Assembly: GCA_910577185.1 (NCBI GenBank)
Contig: CAJTLR010000004.1
Location: forward strand, 21,399 to 85,398
Direction: 5' to 3'
DNA length: 64,000 nt
Source of the DNA: an uncultured Acetatifactor sp.
GTDB lineage: Bacteria > Bacillota > Clostridia > Lachnospirales > Lachnospiraceae
The notes beneath the pieces are model-generated. The model had not been told where the DNA came from, did not search any database, and was given only the letters and a program-made list of their open reading frames with translations. Shown here piece by piece: positions 20,486 to 30,632 of the stretch (its first letter is position 1; each line of letters starts with the position of its first letter). A program made the translations under genes and the position numbers.

Positions 20486-22075
20486 ATGCAGAATGGTTAT
20501 TTTCGATTGGTAAATGATTTTAAAGGATATGGCATTGCCCTGTATCCGCCGAAAAGTTTCGGGGAGGGAATCCGGGAGGAGGAGGTCTGGAAGTATCTGG
20601 ATGGATTGAAAATTCCTTACGACAAAAAGCGGATAGAAATGCAGATTCAGTTTGAAGAAGACGGGATCTGCCATCTGGGGGATGGGGAGTGTCCGGTCTG
20701 CCCGGAGACTTATATGCTTGATGTGAGCGAAGATGACATGATGGCCACGGTACGGTTTATCCCGCCGTCGGAGGGCGGCCAGAGGCTGACAAAGGAAGAT
20801 TTTCTACGGGATATCAAAAATAAAAATATTGTTTATGGAATACAGGAGAATTCCCTTCAGGAGCATTTTGAGTCAGAGGGGGTTTATTGTACTGATATTA
20901 TTGTGGCTAAAGGAAAGAGGCCGGTACAGGGGAAAGACGCCCAGATAGAATATTCTTTTAACATTGATCTACATAAACGTCCGGCCCACAGGGAAGACGG
21001 CCGTGTGGATTATTTTAAACTGACCACCATCAACCAGTGCCGGAAAGGCCAGGTGCTGGCCCGTATTATTCCGGAACAGCCCGGGGAGCCCGGCTGTGAT
21101 GTACACGGCAAGTCCATCAAATGCCGTGAAGTGAAGAAGGAGACATTAAAGTTCGGCAAAAATATCGATTTAACCGAGGATAAACTTTCCATTATATCCC
21201 AGGTGGACGGCCATGTGTCGCTGGTAGATAAGAAAGTGGTGGTGTCCAGTGTATACCAGGTGAAAGGGGTCAATGTATCCACGGGCAATATCAATTATGA
21301 TGGAAGTATTGAAATCGCGGGCAATGTGGATGAGAATTTCGAAGTGAAGGCCGGCGGGAATGTGGTGGTAAACGGTTCCGTGGAAGGCGCCACCATCATT
21401 GCCGGTGGAAATATCATTATAGCAAAGGGCATGAACGGCATGGGAAAAGGCTATCTTCGTGCCCGGGGAGACATCATTGTGAAATTCCTGGAGAATTCAA
21501 GGGTGGTGTCCGGGGGATATGTGGAGACGGAGGCGATTCTTCACTGTACCGTGTCCTCAGGGTCTGATGTGAAAGTGGACGGCAGGAGGGGAATCATCCT
21601 GGGAGGCCGTGTACAGGCGGCAAATGCCATCATAGCAAAAACCATCGGGGCCAGCATGAGTACGGCGACTACCCTGGAGGTGGGGGTGGAACCATTGCTG
21701 ATCTCCCAGCTTGAACATGTGCAGACCGCCATTGAGGAAAGAAAAAAGACGGTAAATGCGGCCCAGGTGATCTACGATAATTTCAAGGAAAAACAAAGGC
21801 GCGGTCTCCAGTTTAATGACGGCCAGCTGCGGTATATGAGGAGTGTGGTATCCCTGATTCAGGAGAAGAGCGCGGAGCTGGACCGCCTGAACCGGAGACT
21901 TGCATCCCTGCAGGAGATGATGGAGACCAGGGAAGAGGCGGAAGTGGTGGTCAATGAGCAGATTTATTCCAATGTAACCATCATCATCGGAAGTGTGAGC
22001 AGGCTCATTCAGACCAATTACCGGTACTGTAAATTTGTCAAGGAAGAAGGGGAAGTGAGGATGGTACCCTTGTAA
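20486..22075 (+). CDS. FapA/DUF342 family protein
   Basis: STGNINYDGSIEIAGNV beta-helix repeats, coiled-coil C-terminus; follows fliA. Confidence 0.88.
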   Translation: MQNGYFRLVNDFKGYGIALYPPKSFGEGIREEEVWKYLDGLKIPYDKKRIEMQIQFEEDGICHLGDGECPVCPETYMLDVSEDDMMATVRFIPPSEGGQRLTKEDFLRDIKNKNIVYGIQENSLQEHFESEGVYCTDIIVAKGKRPVQGKDAQIEYSFNIDLHKRPAHREDGRVDYFKLTTINQCRKGQVLARIIPEQPGEPGCDVHGKSIKCREVKKETLKFGKNIDLTEDKLSIISQVDGHVSLVDKKVVVSSVYQVKGVNVSTGNINYDGSIEIAGNVDENFEVKAGGNVVVNGSVEGATIIAGGNIIIAKGMNGMGKGYLRARGDIIVKFLENSRVVSGGYVETEAILHCTVSSGSDVKVDGRRGIILGGRVQAANAIIAKTIGASMSTATTLEVGVEPLLISQLEHVQTAIEERKKTVNAAQVIYDNFKEKQRRGLQFNDGQLRYMRSVVSLIQEKSAELDRLNRRLASLQEMMETREEAEVVVNEQIYSNVTIIIGSVSRLIQTNYRYCKFVKEEGEVRMVPL

Positions 22076-22140
22076 ACCGGCTGCTGTTCCCTCTGTGAAC
22101 AGTAACGGAATTGACATCCACTGAGAAAGAAGGTGTGCAT

Positions 22141-22449
22141 ATGGCATTTGGGGCAATTGAACTGACGACAATATCCAGGGCTCAGGATTATACCACCATC
22201 AAACATAATGAAGACAATAAAGGGATGGTAGACCAGAGTAACTTCAGTGCCCAGGTTCAGAAGGCTGTGGAGCAGAATATACGCGAAGTGCACAGCAGCG
22301 ATAATACCCAGTGGCATGAACAGAAGCCTGACGCCAAGGAAAAGGGCAATGGACAGTACACAGGCGACGGCGGGCGCCGGAGGAAGGGGAAAACTTCCCA
22401 GGACCGGGTGGTGGTAAAGACCCGGGAAGGCTTTGATATGAAAATTTGA
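22141..22449 (+). CDS. Hypothetical protein
   Basis: RBS-preceded ORF ending GFDMKI in the flagellar operon tail. Confidence 0.75.
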   Translation: MAFGAIELTTISRAQDYTTIKHNEDNKGMVDQSNFSAQVQKAVEQNIREVHSSDNTQWHEQKPDAKEKGNGQYTGDGGRRRKGKTSQDRVVVKTREGFDMKI

Positions 22450-22531
22450 TTGCCGTCTGCGGCAGTGAACCGGGACCGGGAGGGGAGCTGCCTGAAGGCG
22501 CTGCGGACGGTAACGGAGATAGGCGGAAGAA

Positions 22532-23248
22532 ATGGATATAATTGAAGTTATCCTGCTGATCGCGGGAAGCCTTATTTTTCTTTTGAGTTTTCTGATTCCC
22601 GAAAAAAAGGGGGTGCTTTCAGGAGGACTGGCAGAAAATGAGATAAAAAATCTGGTCAGCCAGGAACTGGAGTCCGTGAGGAACCATGTGGATGATGTTG
22701 TGGAAGAGGCTGTTTCGTATTCCATGGAGAAAACAGAACGCTCCCTGGAACGTCTTTCCAATGAGAAAATCATGGCAGTAAACGAGTATTCGGATACGGT
22801 TCTTTCGGAAATCCACAAAAACCATGAAGAGGCAGTGTTTCTGTATGATATGCTGAATAATAAGCATACCAGCCTCAAAAATATCATGGCACAGATCAAT
22901 GATACGATAAAGAATGCCGGTGAGACCATAGCCGCCCTGGAAAACGTTATGGCACAGAGGCGTGACGAGGCGGGCGTATCCGGGGAAGAAATGGCGGCAG
23001 CGCCGCCGGCCTGGGAGCCGGCTTCCTGGAAACAGGACACTGCCCGGGAAACGGAGCCGGAGGAACCCATGGGGGAGCCGGAAGAATCTGTGGAAAGTCA
23101 GGAGGCATATGACGAGGAGCGGCAGAATAATAAGGACAGAATTCTGGAACGCTATCGGCAGGGAAAGACAGCAGTCATCATAGCGAAGGAGCTGGGACTG
23201 GGCATCGGGGAAGTGAGACTGGTGATAGACTTGTACAGAAACCAGTAA
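22532..23248 (+). CDS. Membrane-anchored coiled-coil protein with C-terminal HTH-like motif (DUF6115/SwrB-like)
   Basis: N-terminal TM; IAKELGLGIGEVRLVIDL. Confidence 0.75.
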   Translation: MDIIEVILLIAGSLIFLLSFLIPEKKGVLSGGLAENEIKNLVSQELESVRNHVDDVVEEAVSYSMEKTERSLERLSNEKIMAVNEYSDTVLSEIHKNHEEAVFLYDMLNNKHTSLKNIMAQINDTIKNAGETIAALENVMAQRRDEAGVSGEEMAAAPPAWEPASWKQDTARETEPEEPMGEPEESVESQEAYDEERQNNKDRILERYRQGKTAVIIAKELGLGIGEVRLVIDLYRNQ

Positions 23249-23277
23249 AATAAGAGTCGTTAGAATCGAGGAAATAA

Positions 23278-23868
23278 GTGAAACTGAGATATCAAATGCG
23301 GGGACTGGGAATCGGAATCATCATGACGGCCCTATTGATGGGAATGACTACGCGTGAGGAAGCTCCTTTGACGGATGCGGAGATCAAGGCCAGGGCTTCG
23401 GCGCTGGGAATGGTGGAAAGCGATTCCCTGAAACTGACAGATATTCTGAACGGTTCCCCTTCGTCCCAGGAAAACCCTCTGCCGGGGGAAGAACACCCGG
23501 ATGAGATAAATTCACCTTCTGAACCGGGAACAGACGGAGAAGAACCGGCCGAAACGACGGAACCAGGGGAAGAAGGGGGTACCCAGGAGACTGCTGACAT
23601 GCCTCAGGAATCCGGAGGGCAGGAAAATTCTGCCGCTTCCGAAAATGGGGAAGCTGTCACCATTGTGATTGAATTTGGCGTGACTTCCTACAGTGTGAGC
23701 AAAATGCTGGCAGAAGCCGGGCTGGTGGAGAATGCCATTGCGTTTGACAATTATCTGTGTGCCAACGGACTTTCCAGAAAAGTAAGCGCCGGTACCTATC
23801 AGATTGAACCCGGTACAAGTGAGGAAGAAATTATCAGAATCATAACAAAAAACTCCACGGTTCAATGA
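23278..23868 (+). CDS. Hypothetical exported protein with YceG/MltG N-terminal-like domain
   Basis: RGLGIG TM; VSKMLAEAGLV...SAGTYQI. Confidence 0.7.
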   Translation: MKLRYQMRGLGIGIIMTALLMGMTTREEAPLTDAEIKARASALGMVESDSLKLTDILNGSPSSQENPLPGEEHPDEINSPSEPGTDGEEPAETTEPGEEGGTQETADMPQESGGQENSAASENGEAVTIVIEFGVTSYSVSKMLAEAGLVENAIAFDNYLCANGLSRKVSAGTYQIEPGTSEEEIIRIITKNSTVQ

Positions 23869-23891
23869 TTTTCGGAACCGGGGAGTTTTTT
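23847..23891 (+). terminator. Intrinsic terminator ending the flagellar operon
   Basis: AAAAAACTCC-A-CGGTTC / GAACCG-G-GGAGTTTTTT imperfect inverted repeat. Confidence 0.75.
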
Positions 23892-23990
23892 GAAAGATTT
23901 TATGGAAATATAAGATTTCCCTCCGGGGAGAGTCTGATATAAAGCTTATATAAAATAGCATAAATAAAATACAGAAATTTACAGAACCCC

Positions 23991-24019
23991 TTGCATTGCA
24001 GGGGGTATTGTGTTATAAT
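23991..24019 (+). promoter_or_regulatory. Sigma-A promoter of rpsB-tsf
   Basis: TTGCAT-N17-TATAAT with TGn extension. Confidence 0.8.
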
Positions 24020-24029
24020 AAAATGTGGC

Positions 24030-24219
24030 AGTGTGAAAAATTCCACTGAAAAATCACGTATGCCAATTCGGTGATGGTGCTTTTCTTTTTACAGCCTGAC
24101 AGATTTCAGATACCCGGACCGGGTTGTGGAGGGAAGGTAGTTGCCGGAGACGGTCCGGCCTTAACGCGGGCAGGACAATATGGACATACGGAAGAAATCA
24201 ACCAAACGGAGGTAAGAAC
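24030..24219 (+). promoter_or_regulatory. Structured rpsB 5' leader (probable S2 autoregulatory element)
   Basis: About 190-nt leader; CGTATG (24057-62) can pair with CATACG (24185-90); internal CCGGACCG...CGGTCCGG stem. Confidence 0.55.
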
Positions 24220-24987
24220 ATGAGCGTTATTTCTATGAAGCAGCTGCTGGAAGCAGGCGTCCATTTTGGACATCAGACCAGAAGATGGAACCCTAAGATG
24301 GCTCCCTACATTTTTACGGAGAGAAACGGGATCCATATTATCGACCTGCAGAAGTCTGTAGGTAAGGTGGACGAGGCTTATAGGGCAGTATCTGAAATTG
24401 CGTCCCAGGGTGGGACAATCCTTTTTGTGGGAACCAAGAAGCAGGCGCAGGATGCCGTTAAGACAGAGGCAGAGCGCTGCGGTATGTATTATGTCAATGA
24501 GAGATGGCTGGGCGGTATGCTTACCAACTTCAAGACCATCCAGTCCCGTATTGGAAGACTCCGCACCATTGAGAAGATGTCCGAAGATGGTACTTTTGAC
24601 GTACTTCCCAAGAAGGAAGTAATCAAGCTGAAGAAGGAATGGGAAAAACTGGAGAAGAACCTGGGCGGTATCAGGAACATGACCAGGGTTCCGGATGCTA
24701 TTTTTGTGGTAGATCCGAAGAAGGAGAGAATCTGTGTGCAGGAGGCCCATGCGCTGGGCATTACTCTGATCGGCATCGGTGATACCAACTGTGATCCGGA
24801 AGAACTGGATTACATTATTCCCGGAAATGACGACGCAATCAGGGCAGTGAAACTGATCGTTTCCAAGATGGCAGATGCAGTCATCGAGGCAAACCAGGGA
24901 GAAGCTGTATACACTGAGGAAGAACAGCAGGCTGCAGAGGCCGGCGCTGTTGATATTGAAGAAATTGCCGGTCAGGAAAATGCGTAA
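24220..24987 (+). CDS. rpsB: 30S ribosomal protein S2
   Basis: [27 protein letters not shown]. Confidence 0.99.
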   Translation: MSVISMKQLLEAGVHFGHQTRRWNPKMAPYIFTERNGIHIIDLQKSVGKVDEAYRAVSEIASQGGTILFVGTKKQAQDAVKTEAERCGMYYVNERWLGGMLTNFKTIQSRIGRLRTIEKMSEDGTFDVLPKKEVIKLKKEWEKLEKNLGGIRNMTRVPDAIFVVDPKKERICVQEAHALGITLIGIGDTNCDPEELDYIIPGNDDAIRAVKLIVSKMADAVIEANQGEAVYTEEEQQAAEAGAVDIEEIAGQENA

Positions 24988-25183
24988 ACAGTTACAGCCT
25001 CCGGGAGGGGTGAAAGCTTTCTCCGGAGAGGCGGCAAAGCGCTGAAAAACGGAGGCACTGCGGGATACGCAATTTCCGTGACATGATCTGTGCCGGTTAG
25101 GCCGGCATGATAGAAAATGAACCAGAAACAAAATGCCGCCGGTATGGCGGGAAAATGAGAACGAATATAGGAGGATGATATAA

Positions 25184-26122
25184 ATGGCACAAGTGACAGC
25201 GGCTATGGTTAAGGAATTGCGCGAGCAGACCGGCGCCGGTATGACCGATTGTAAGAAGGCTCTGAGCGAGACCGATGGAAATATGGAAGAGGCTGTGGAA
25301 ATTCTGAGAAAGAAGGGCCAGGCCAAGGCAGTGAAGAAGGAAAGCAGGATTGCGGCAGAAGGTCTTTGCTGTATTGCATCGGATGGAGAGACCAGGGCAG
25401 CAGTGGTGGAAGTCAATTCCGAGACAGACTTTGTGGCGAAGAATGAAACATTCCAGCAGTTTGTAAATGCAGTGGCAAAGCAGGCCGTGAATTCTGACGC
25501 CGCTGACATTGATGCTTTCCTGGAGGAAAAGTGGAATGAAGACGCATCCAAGACTGTAAAGGAAGCGCTGGTTGACAAGATTGCCGTAATCGGTGAGAAA
25601 CTCAACATCAGAAGATTTGAGAAGATTGTGGCTTCTGAAGGCTGCGTTGCCACCTATGTACATGGCGGCGGTCGTATCGGTGTTATCGTGGAGGCCAGAA
25701 CCAGTGTTGTGAACGACGCCGTGAAGGAAGCCCTTACCAACATTGCAATGCAGGTTGCCGCGCTGAATCCTAAATATGTGGCTACCGCAGATGTGTCGGA
25801 AGAATACAAGGCTCATGAGAAGGAAATCATTGCGGCGCAGATTGCCCAGGATCCCAAGATGGCAGGCAAGCCTGAAAAGGTGATCGAGGGTGCTGTCAAT
25901 GGCCGTCTGAATAAAGAGCTGAAGGAAGTATGTCTGCTGGAGCAGGTGTATGTAAAGGCAGAAGATGGCAAGCAGACAGTGGCACAGTACGTGGCACAGG
26001 TTGCAAAGGAAAACGCTGCAGATCTGAGCATTACAAAGTTCGTCCGCTTTGAGACCGGTGAAGGCATCGAGAAGAAGAATGAGGACTTTGCTGCAGAAGT
26101 AGCTGCGCAGATGGGAATGTAA
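25184..26122 (+). CDS. tsf: Translation elongation factor Ts
   Basis: VKELREQTGAGMTDCKKAL; EVNSETDFVAKN. Confidence 0.99.
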   Translation: MAQVTAAMVKELREQTGAGMTDCKKALSETDGNMEEAVEILRKKGQAKAVKKESRIAAEGLCCIASDGETRAAVVEVNSETDFVAKNETFQQFVNAVAKQAVNSDAADIDAFLEEKWNEDASKTVKEALVDKIAVIGEKLNIRRFEKIVASEGCVATYVHGGGRIGVIVEARTSVVNDAVKEALTNIAMQVAALNPKYVATADVSEEYKAHEKEIIAAQIAQDPKMAGKPEKVIEGAVNGRLNKELKEVCLLEQVYVKAEDGKQTVAQYVAQVAKENAADLSITKFVRFETGEGIEKKNEDFAAEVAAQMGM

Positions 26123-26144
26123 TTCCAATTTCATAAGATTAAGC

Positions 26145-26180
26145 AAAACGCTGGAAACCCGCATGTTTCCAGCGTTTTTT
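26145..26180 (+). terminator. Intrinsic terminator after tsf
   Basis: AAAACGCTGGAAAC / GTTTCCAGCGTTTT inverted repeat plus T-tract. Confidence 0.85.
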
Positions 26181-26763
26181 GCGTTTCCGGGGTGTCATTT
26201 TGGGATGATGGAAATTAGAGAATTTTGCGGAAAAGTTGGTAAAAAACTGGTACGGGAATTGCTAAAATCTTTTACCAATTTTTAAGGGGCGAAGTTTGCA
26301 GGGTTTTTATAATGTGGGGAAGGGTGGATTTTTTTACCAAGAAGCAATGAGAAAAGATGAAAAAATAAGGAGGATGTGTATGTGACTGGTTGAGATGATG
26401 GTTTGATGGGGAAGGACCGAATGATACAGTTGCCGGAGGAGGAAGTAAAGGTGAGGGGGCTGAAGGAAGGGGATGAGCTGTGTCTGTCTTATCTGGTGGA
26501 TGATCAGATGGAGGGAAGGTATAGAATTGTATACACTGATATAGATTAATTTTATAAACATATAAATCTAGGAAAATACAATTGATATGATTTCTGGGCA
26601 AATGAATAATCTGAGTGGCGCTGCGATATCAGAATATCCAAGCAAACAAGGTATTTCATGTACGGCAGCGGAAAGTGTGCACTATGGACTTACAACCATA
26701 TGCAGCGGTCTCCTTTTTTCCCAGGCAGGCCGGGCGGGAAATTACCTGGTACAGTAAAAACTA

Positions 26764-26795
26764 CGGTCATTACACCGAAATGTCCGTTCATGGCA
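26764..26795 (+). promoter_or_regulatory. Putative LytTR-binding direct repeat
   Basis: CGGTCATTACA and CGTTCATGGCA, 21-bp period, upstream of a TATACT -10 and the LytTR gene. Confidence 0.5.
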
Positions 26796-26859
26796 TTATC
26801 GAAACCATGTCTGTGTTTGTGTCGATATATATGATATACTCGTAAAAGAGGTGATGAAA

Positions 26860-27576
26860 ATGCTGTCAATAGCAGTGTGTGATGATGAAGTCATAGAATG
26901 TTGCAATATGGCAAAGAGAATTAAAGAAATTTTGGAAGAAATGAAAATACCATGCATCATCCGTCAGTTCCGAAGTGGTGGGGGACTGCTGCAGGCACTG
27001 GAAAGTTTTGACGTTGTTTTCCTTGATATCATTATGCAGGATTTGGATGGAATGAAAACAGCACAGATTCTCCGCGAAAGGGCATCTGACAAGATACTCA
27101 TATTTGTATCTTCCAGCAGGGAATATGTGTTTGAAGCGTATGACGTGGAGGCTTTCCAATATCTGCTGAAGCCTGTGGAGGGCAGGAAACTGAAAAGTGT
27201 ACTACAGAAAATCGTCTTGAAAACAGAAAGCCGTTCACAGGAATTTATCATTGTCAGCAGGGAAAGGCAGAAAAAGAAGTTATTTCTTGATGATATATAC
27301 TATTTCGAGATAAAGGGAAGAATAGTTGATGCTCATGGGCCGGAAGGAATTTTTGCTTATTATGGGCAGATAGGGGAGCTGGAGAATAAACTGCGGGATA
27401 AAGGTTTTTTCAGGTGCCATAAGAGCTATCTGGTAAATCTGAAATATGCTGAGGGGTATAACAGGCAGGAAGTGATTCTGGAAAACGGGGAAAAAATTGT
27501 GATTGCGAAAAGAAGATACGATAAGTTTGCCCAGGAGGTGCTCAGGGTTATGAGGAAAAACGGAGGGATCCTGTGA
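26860..27576 (+). CDS. LytTR-family response regulator
   Basis: Receiver (IAVCDD, FLDI, YLLKP) plus FFRCHKSYLVNL LytTR motif. Confidence 0.93.
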   Translation: MLSIAVCDDEVIECCNMAKRIKEILEEMKIPCIIRQFRSGGGLLQALESFDVVFLDIIMQDLDGMKTAQILRERASDKILIFVSSSREYVFEAYDVEAFQYLLKPVEGRKLKSVLQKIVLKTESRSQEFIIVSRERQKKKLFLDDIYYFEIKGRIVDAHGPEGIFAYYGQIGELENKLRDKGFFRCHKSYLVNLKYAEGYNRQEVILENGEKIVIAKRRYDKFAQEVLRVMRKNGGIL

Positions 27577-28952
27577 AACAACTCTTAGAGTGTACGGATA
27601 TTTTAATCGTAGCACCATTCTTTCTGGGGTATCTATGGGCAGCAGATAAGTTTTGTAAAAAATTTTTAGGAGCTTCCAAAAGAAGGGAAGGGCTGTTTTT
27701 GTTTTTTTCCTTTTGTGGATGGCTGTTTTGTAATATTTTAGGCCGGCTGTCTTTCATTCCGTATACTTTTTCTGTGCTGCTGTATCCTATATTCTTTATG
27801 GGATTGGTGCTGCTGTTGTTCCAGTCAGACAGGGAGAAAAGGATTCTGGCTGCAGCTATGTTGATGGTAGTTGTAAGGATGGCAGCAGATTTCTTTGCCT
27901 CTTTTTTATCATGCATGGAACTGTTTTTCCTGCATGTAGTAAAAAAGATACCAGAACCGTTTTCTGAAGTTTGGGTGATCGGACTGATTAGTGGTGCAGG
28001 CAATTGTTTTGCCATATTGGCTGTACGCTGGATGTCGAAGCATCTTGGTTCTGTTTTTTGTGGCAAACCGAGAAAGTGGTATGTGATACTGGCAGTTCCT
28101 ATGTTTGTGACTGTTATAGTGTATGATGTGGCAAGCTGGGGTGCCAGCAATGGCATAATGGTCAGGAGCGGGGGCAACATGGGTTTGTATTATGACCAGA
28201 TTTTCAGCCTTGTTGAATTTTTGGTTTTGGCGTCCCTGTCGATGACAGCAATAGGATTTTATGTGTTTGGAATGAACCGGATTTATCTGGAACAGGAAAA
28301 GAGCAGCCAGTACCATTCGCAGATTGCTGTTTACAAGATGCTGTCAGAGCAGTACAGGCAGTCGGAGAGGCTGCGGCATGATATGAAGAATCATATTATT
28401 GCCTTGTCGGCGCTGTCCCGGAATAAAGAATGGGAGAAGATAGACAGCTATCTGAAAAATATGGAGGGCATTGTTCTGGATGCTGACGGGGATATGACAG
28501 GGAATAAGGCAGTGGATGCGCTTCTGTACCAGAAACGGAAACGGGCAGAAGAAGAAAACATCAATTGGGAGTGTGATGTGCAGATGCCAAAGGAATACTG
28601 CATCAACGAATTTGACCTATGTGTATTGTTTGGAAATATATTGGATAATGCGCTGGAAGCGTGTGGAAGGATGCCGGGGGGCGAATGCCGCTTTATCAAT
28701 ATTCAGGCAAAAACAGTAAAAAAATGTTTTCTGCTTGAAGTAAAAAACAGTAGGGACAGGACAGAAAAATATGCAGATGGATTTACGAGTAAAGGGGATT
28801 TAATGGAACATGGGATCGGCCTGCTGAATGTAAGCGATGTGGTAAATAAGTATAACGGGGCAGTGAATACAGAGGCCGAAAACGGCATTTTTGTAATATC
28901 TATTTTAATGCCGTTTTCTGATGCCGCACATGACATCAAAGCGGCTGTTTGA
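27573..28952 (+). CDS. Multi-TM GHKL sensor kinase (AgrC/VirS-like)
   Basis: LRHDMKNH H-box; GNILDNALEA; HGIGLLNV. Confidence 0.92.
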   Translation: MKQLLECTDILIVAPFFLGYLWAADKFCKKFLGASKRREGLFLFFSFCGWLFCNILGRLSFIPYTFSVLLYPIFFMGLVLLLFQSDREKRILAAAMLMVVVRMAADFFASFLSCMELFFLHVVKKIPEPFSEVWVIGLISGAGNCFAILAVRWMSKHLGSVFCGKPRKWYVILAVPMFVTVIVYDVASWGASNGIMVRSGGNMGLYYDQIFSLVEFLVLASLSMTAIGFYVFGMNRIYLEQEKSSQYHSQIAVYKMLSEQYRQSERLRHDMKNHIIALSALSRNKEWEKIDSYLKNMEGIVLDADGDMTGNKAVDALLYQKRKRAEEENINWECDVQMPKEYCINEFDLCVLFGNILDNALEACGRMPGGECRFINIQAKTVKKCFLLEVKNSRDRTEKYADGFTSKGDLMEHGIGLLNVSDVVNKYNGAVNTEAENGIFVISILMPFSDAAHDIKAAV

Positions 28953-28962
28953 AGCATAAACC

Positions 28963-28990
28963 TAATATCGCATATTCACACCGCCGAAAG
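28963..28990 (+). promoter_or_regulatory. Possible sigma-28 promoter
   Basis: TAAT-N16-GCCGAAAG, imperfect match to TAAA-N16-GCCGATAT. Confidence 0.4.
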
Positions 28991-29039
28991 AAAAACTAAG
29001 GGGTTTTATGTCCCGGAAAAACGGTAGGAGGATGGTATT

Positions 29040-29552
29040 ATGCATGCAAAGACAATGGAAGGGCTTGTAGGTGCAAGGACTAACATGGAGTTGCTCAATA
29101 CTCCGTTACGGGTTTATAAGGAAGCGAGGCTCAAGGGTGATGCCAAAAAGATGGAGCAGGCAATGGGCTACATGGGTGATTGTACCCAAGCGGCCTATGA
29201 TTACAAAGAGAAAGCTGACGAGGGTATGAAGAAGGATGTGGAGGAGACCCGCAGGATTGCAGAGGAACAGCGTGAGGAGGCTATCCGGAAACGTAAGGAA
29301 GAACGTGAAAAACTGGAAGAGAGGATTGAAGAAAATAGGAATACTGATGCCAATACAGATACCAAAGAGACAAAAGGATGTCTCTTGGAGATCAGTGCAG
29401 AAGGAAAGGTATTGCTAAAGGATAACATAGATTCTGGCGGTGTCGGTTCTGATGAAATAAAAATGGATGCTGTAAAGGAGCCTGTAACATATACAAAAAC
29501 AGGTGAGACGGTTCCTTCGGAACAGATTGCAGGCATTTCGCTATCTGTCTAA
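29040..29552 (+). CDS. Hypothetical coiled-coil protein
   Basis: Strong AGGAGG RBS; charged helical region; ends GISLSV. Confidence 0.75.
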   Translation: MHAKTMEGLVGARTNMELLNTPLRVYKEARLKGDAKKMEQAMGYMGDCTQAAYDYKEKADEGMKKDVEETRRIAEEQREEAIRKRKEEREKLEERIEENRNTDANTDTKETKGCLLEISAEGKVLLKDNIDSGGVGSDEIKMDAVKEPVTYTKTGETVPSEQIAGISLSV

Positions 29553-29795
29553 ATTTAGATATATTGTGGAAATAACCTGGCATACTACAGCGTTACAAGG
29601 GAATCTGTGGAAGGCACACTAATGAAAAGCGGCAGTACCCTGGACATGGAGATATAATCTTTACATCATATTCCGCAGGGGCACATAAACCTTTGCTTTA
29701 TGGAGTGTCCGGACTTTAATGATAAAATTTTTAGGAGGAAGCGCTTGACGAGAGGAGAGTAATACCATAAAGTGTCACATCGGAACCTGCGAAAA

Positions 29796-29838
29796 GGCAT
29801 CGGGCAGGGGGCTGTATGCGGCCCTTGCCCGGATGCCT
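29796..29838. terminator. GC-rich hairpin between convergent units
   Basis: GGCATC-GGGCAGGG / CCCTTGCCC-G-GATGCC. Confidence 0.55.
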
Positions 29839-29873
29839 GCTTTCCGATCCGGTGAGGAGAGGCTCATAGGGGA

Positions 29874-30613
29874 CTACTCCTTGAAATCCCCCTTGTATTC
29901 CCGTACAATCTCAATCATATTGAGATAATTCTCCAAGGGCACATAAGATGGGATCAAGTTCCCGGTTCCCATTGCGATGCCGCCGTGTCCTTCAACTTTT
30001 TGCAGTATATCCACGGCATATTCCCTCAGCGCCTTTTTGTCCAGCTGGCAGACTGCGTCCACATCAAAACCGCCGAAATTGCCGATCCGGTTGCCGTACC
30101 GTTCCACCCATTCCGGAAACAGGGCGATCTGGTCCTCGTTGGAATGCTTCGCGTCGATTCCCGCTGCGATTAGGTCGTCCATGATGGAAAAAATACAGCC
30201 GCAGGAATGCAGCAGAAAGGGCTTATCATAGCTGTGTACCAGGTCAATGCTGGGCTTATACTGCGGGATGCGGTCCGGCAGCTCCTCCCAAGGATAATTC
30301 CTGAAGTCCTCCATGGTTTTAATGGCAGGGTCAATGCGGCTTTTTCCCAGCGCTCCTCCTCCGGGCAGAATCCCGCCCACACAGCATTCGAACGGAACAA
30401 TATCATAGCCGTTTTCTTTTAAAAACCTGCAGTAATAATGGAAGTATTCCTCCATTTCTTTCTCACTGCCGTCATACCAGCCGGCAAAGCTTTTACTGTA
30501 AAATTCCTTGATTTTCCCAGTAGCGATCAGGTGCTCGTATAACGGAAGCGGGACGCTTCCTGATTCCTGGCAGCATTTTCCACATGTCTGTAATCAGGCT
30601 GAAATCTTTTCAT
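29874..30613 (-). pseudogene. URO-D/methyltransferase-family gene with a frameshift and an internal deletion
   Basis: True start MKRFQPDY at 30613 (GGAGG RBS); frameshift near 30548 (ASR to LPLYEHL); abrupt jump YPWEELPDR|IPQYK near 30270; retains LLHSCG and GNFGGFD. Confidence 0.75.
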
Positions 30614-30632
30614 CGCTTTTCCTCCAGAAGGA

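Noticed and set aside
24106..26164. Long minus-strand ORFs (515 aa, 355 aa) over rpsB-tsf, and similar antisense ORFs at 7876-8772, 22018-23070, 60222-61289 and 62024-63118
   Set aside because: Shadows of well-supported genes on the opposite strand; no RBS or recognisable motifs
26602..26845. AgrD-like propeptide upstream of the LytTR gene
   Set aside because: Small ORFs here lack an RBS and the amphipathic leader/Cys-ring/acidic tail layout; no agrB
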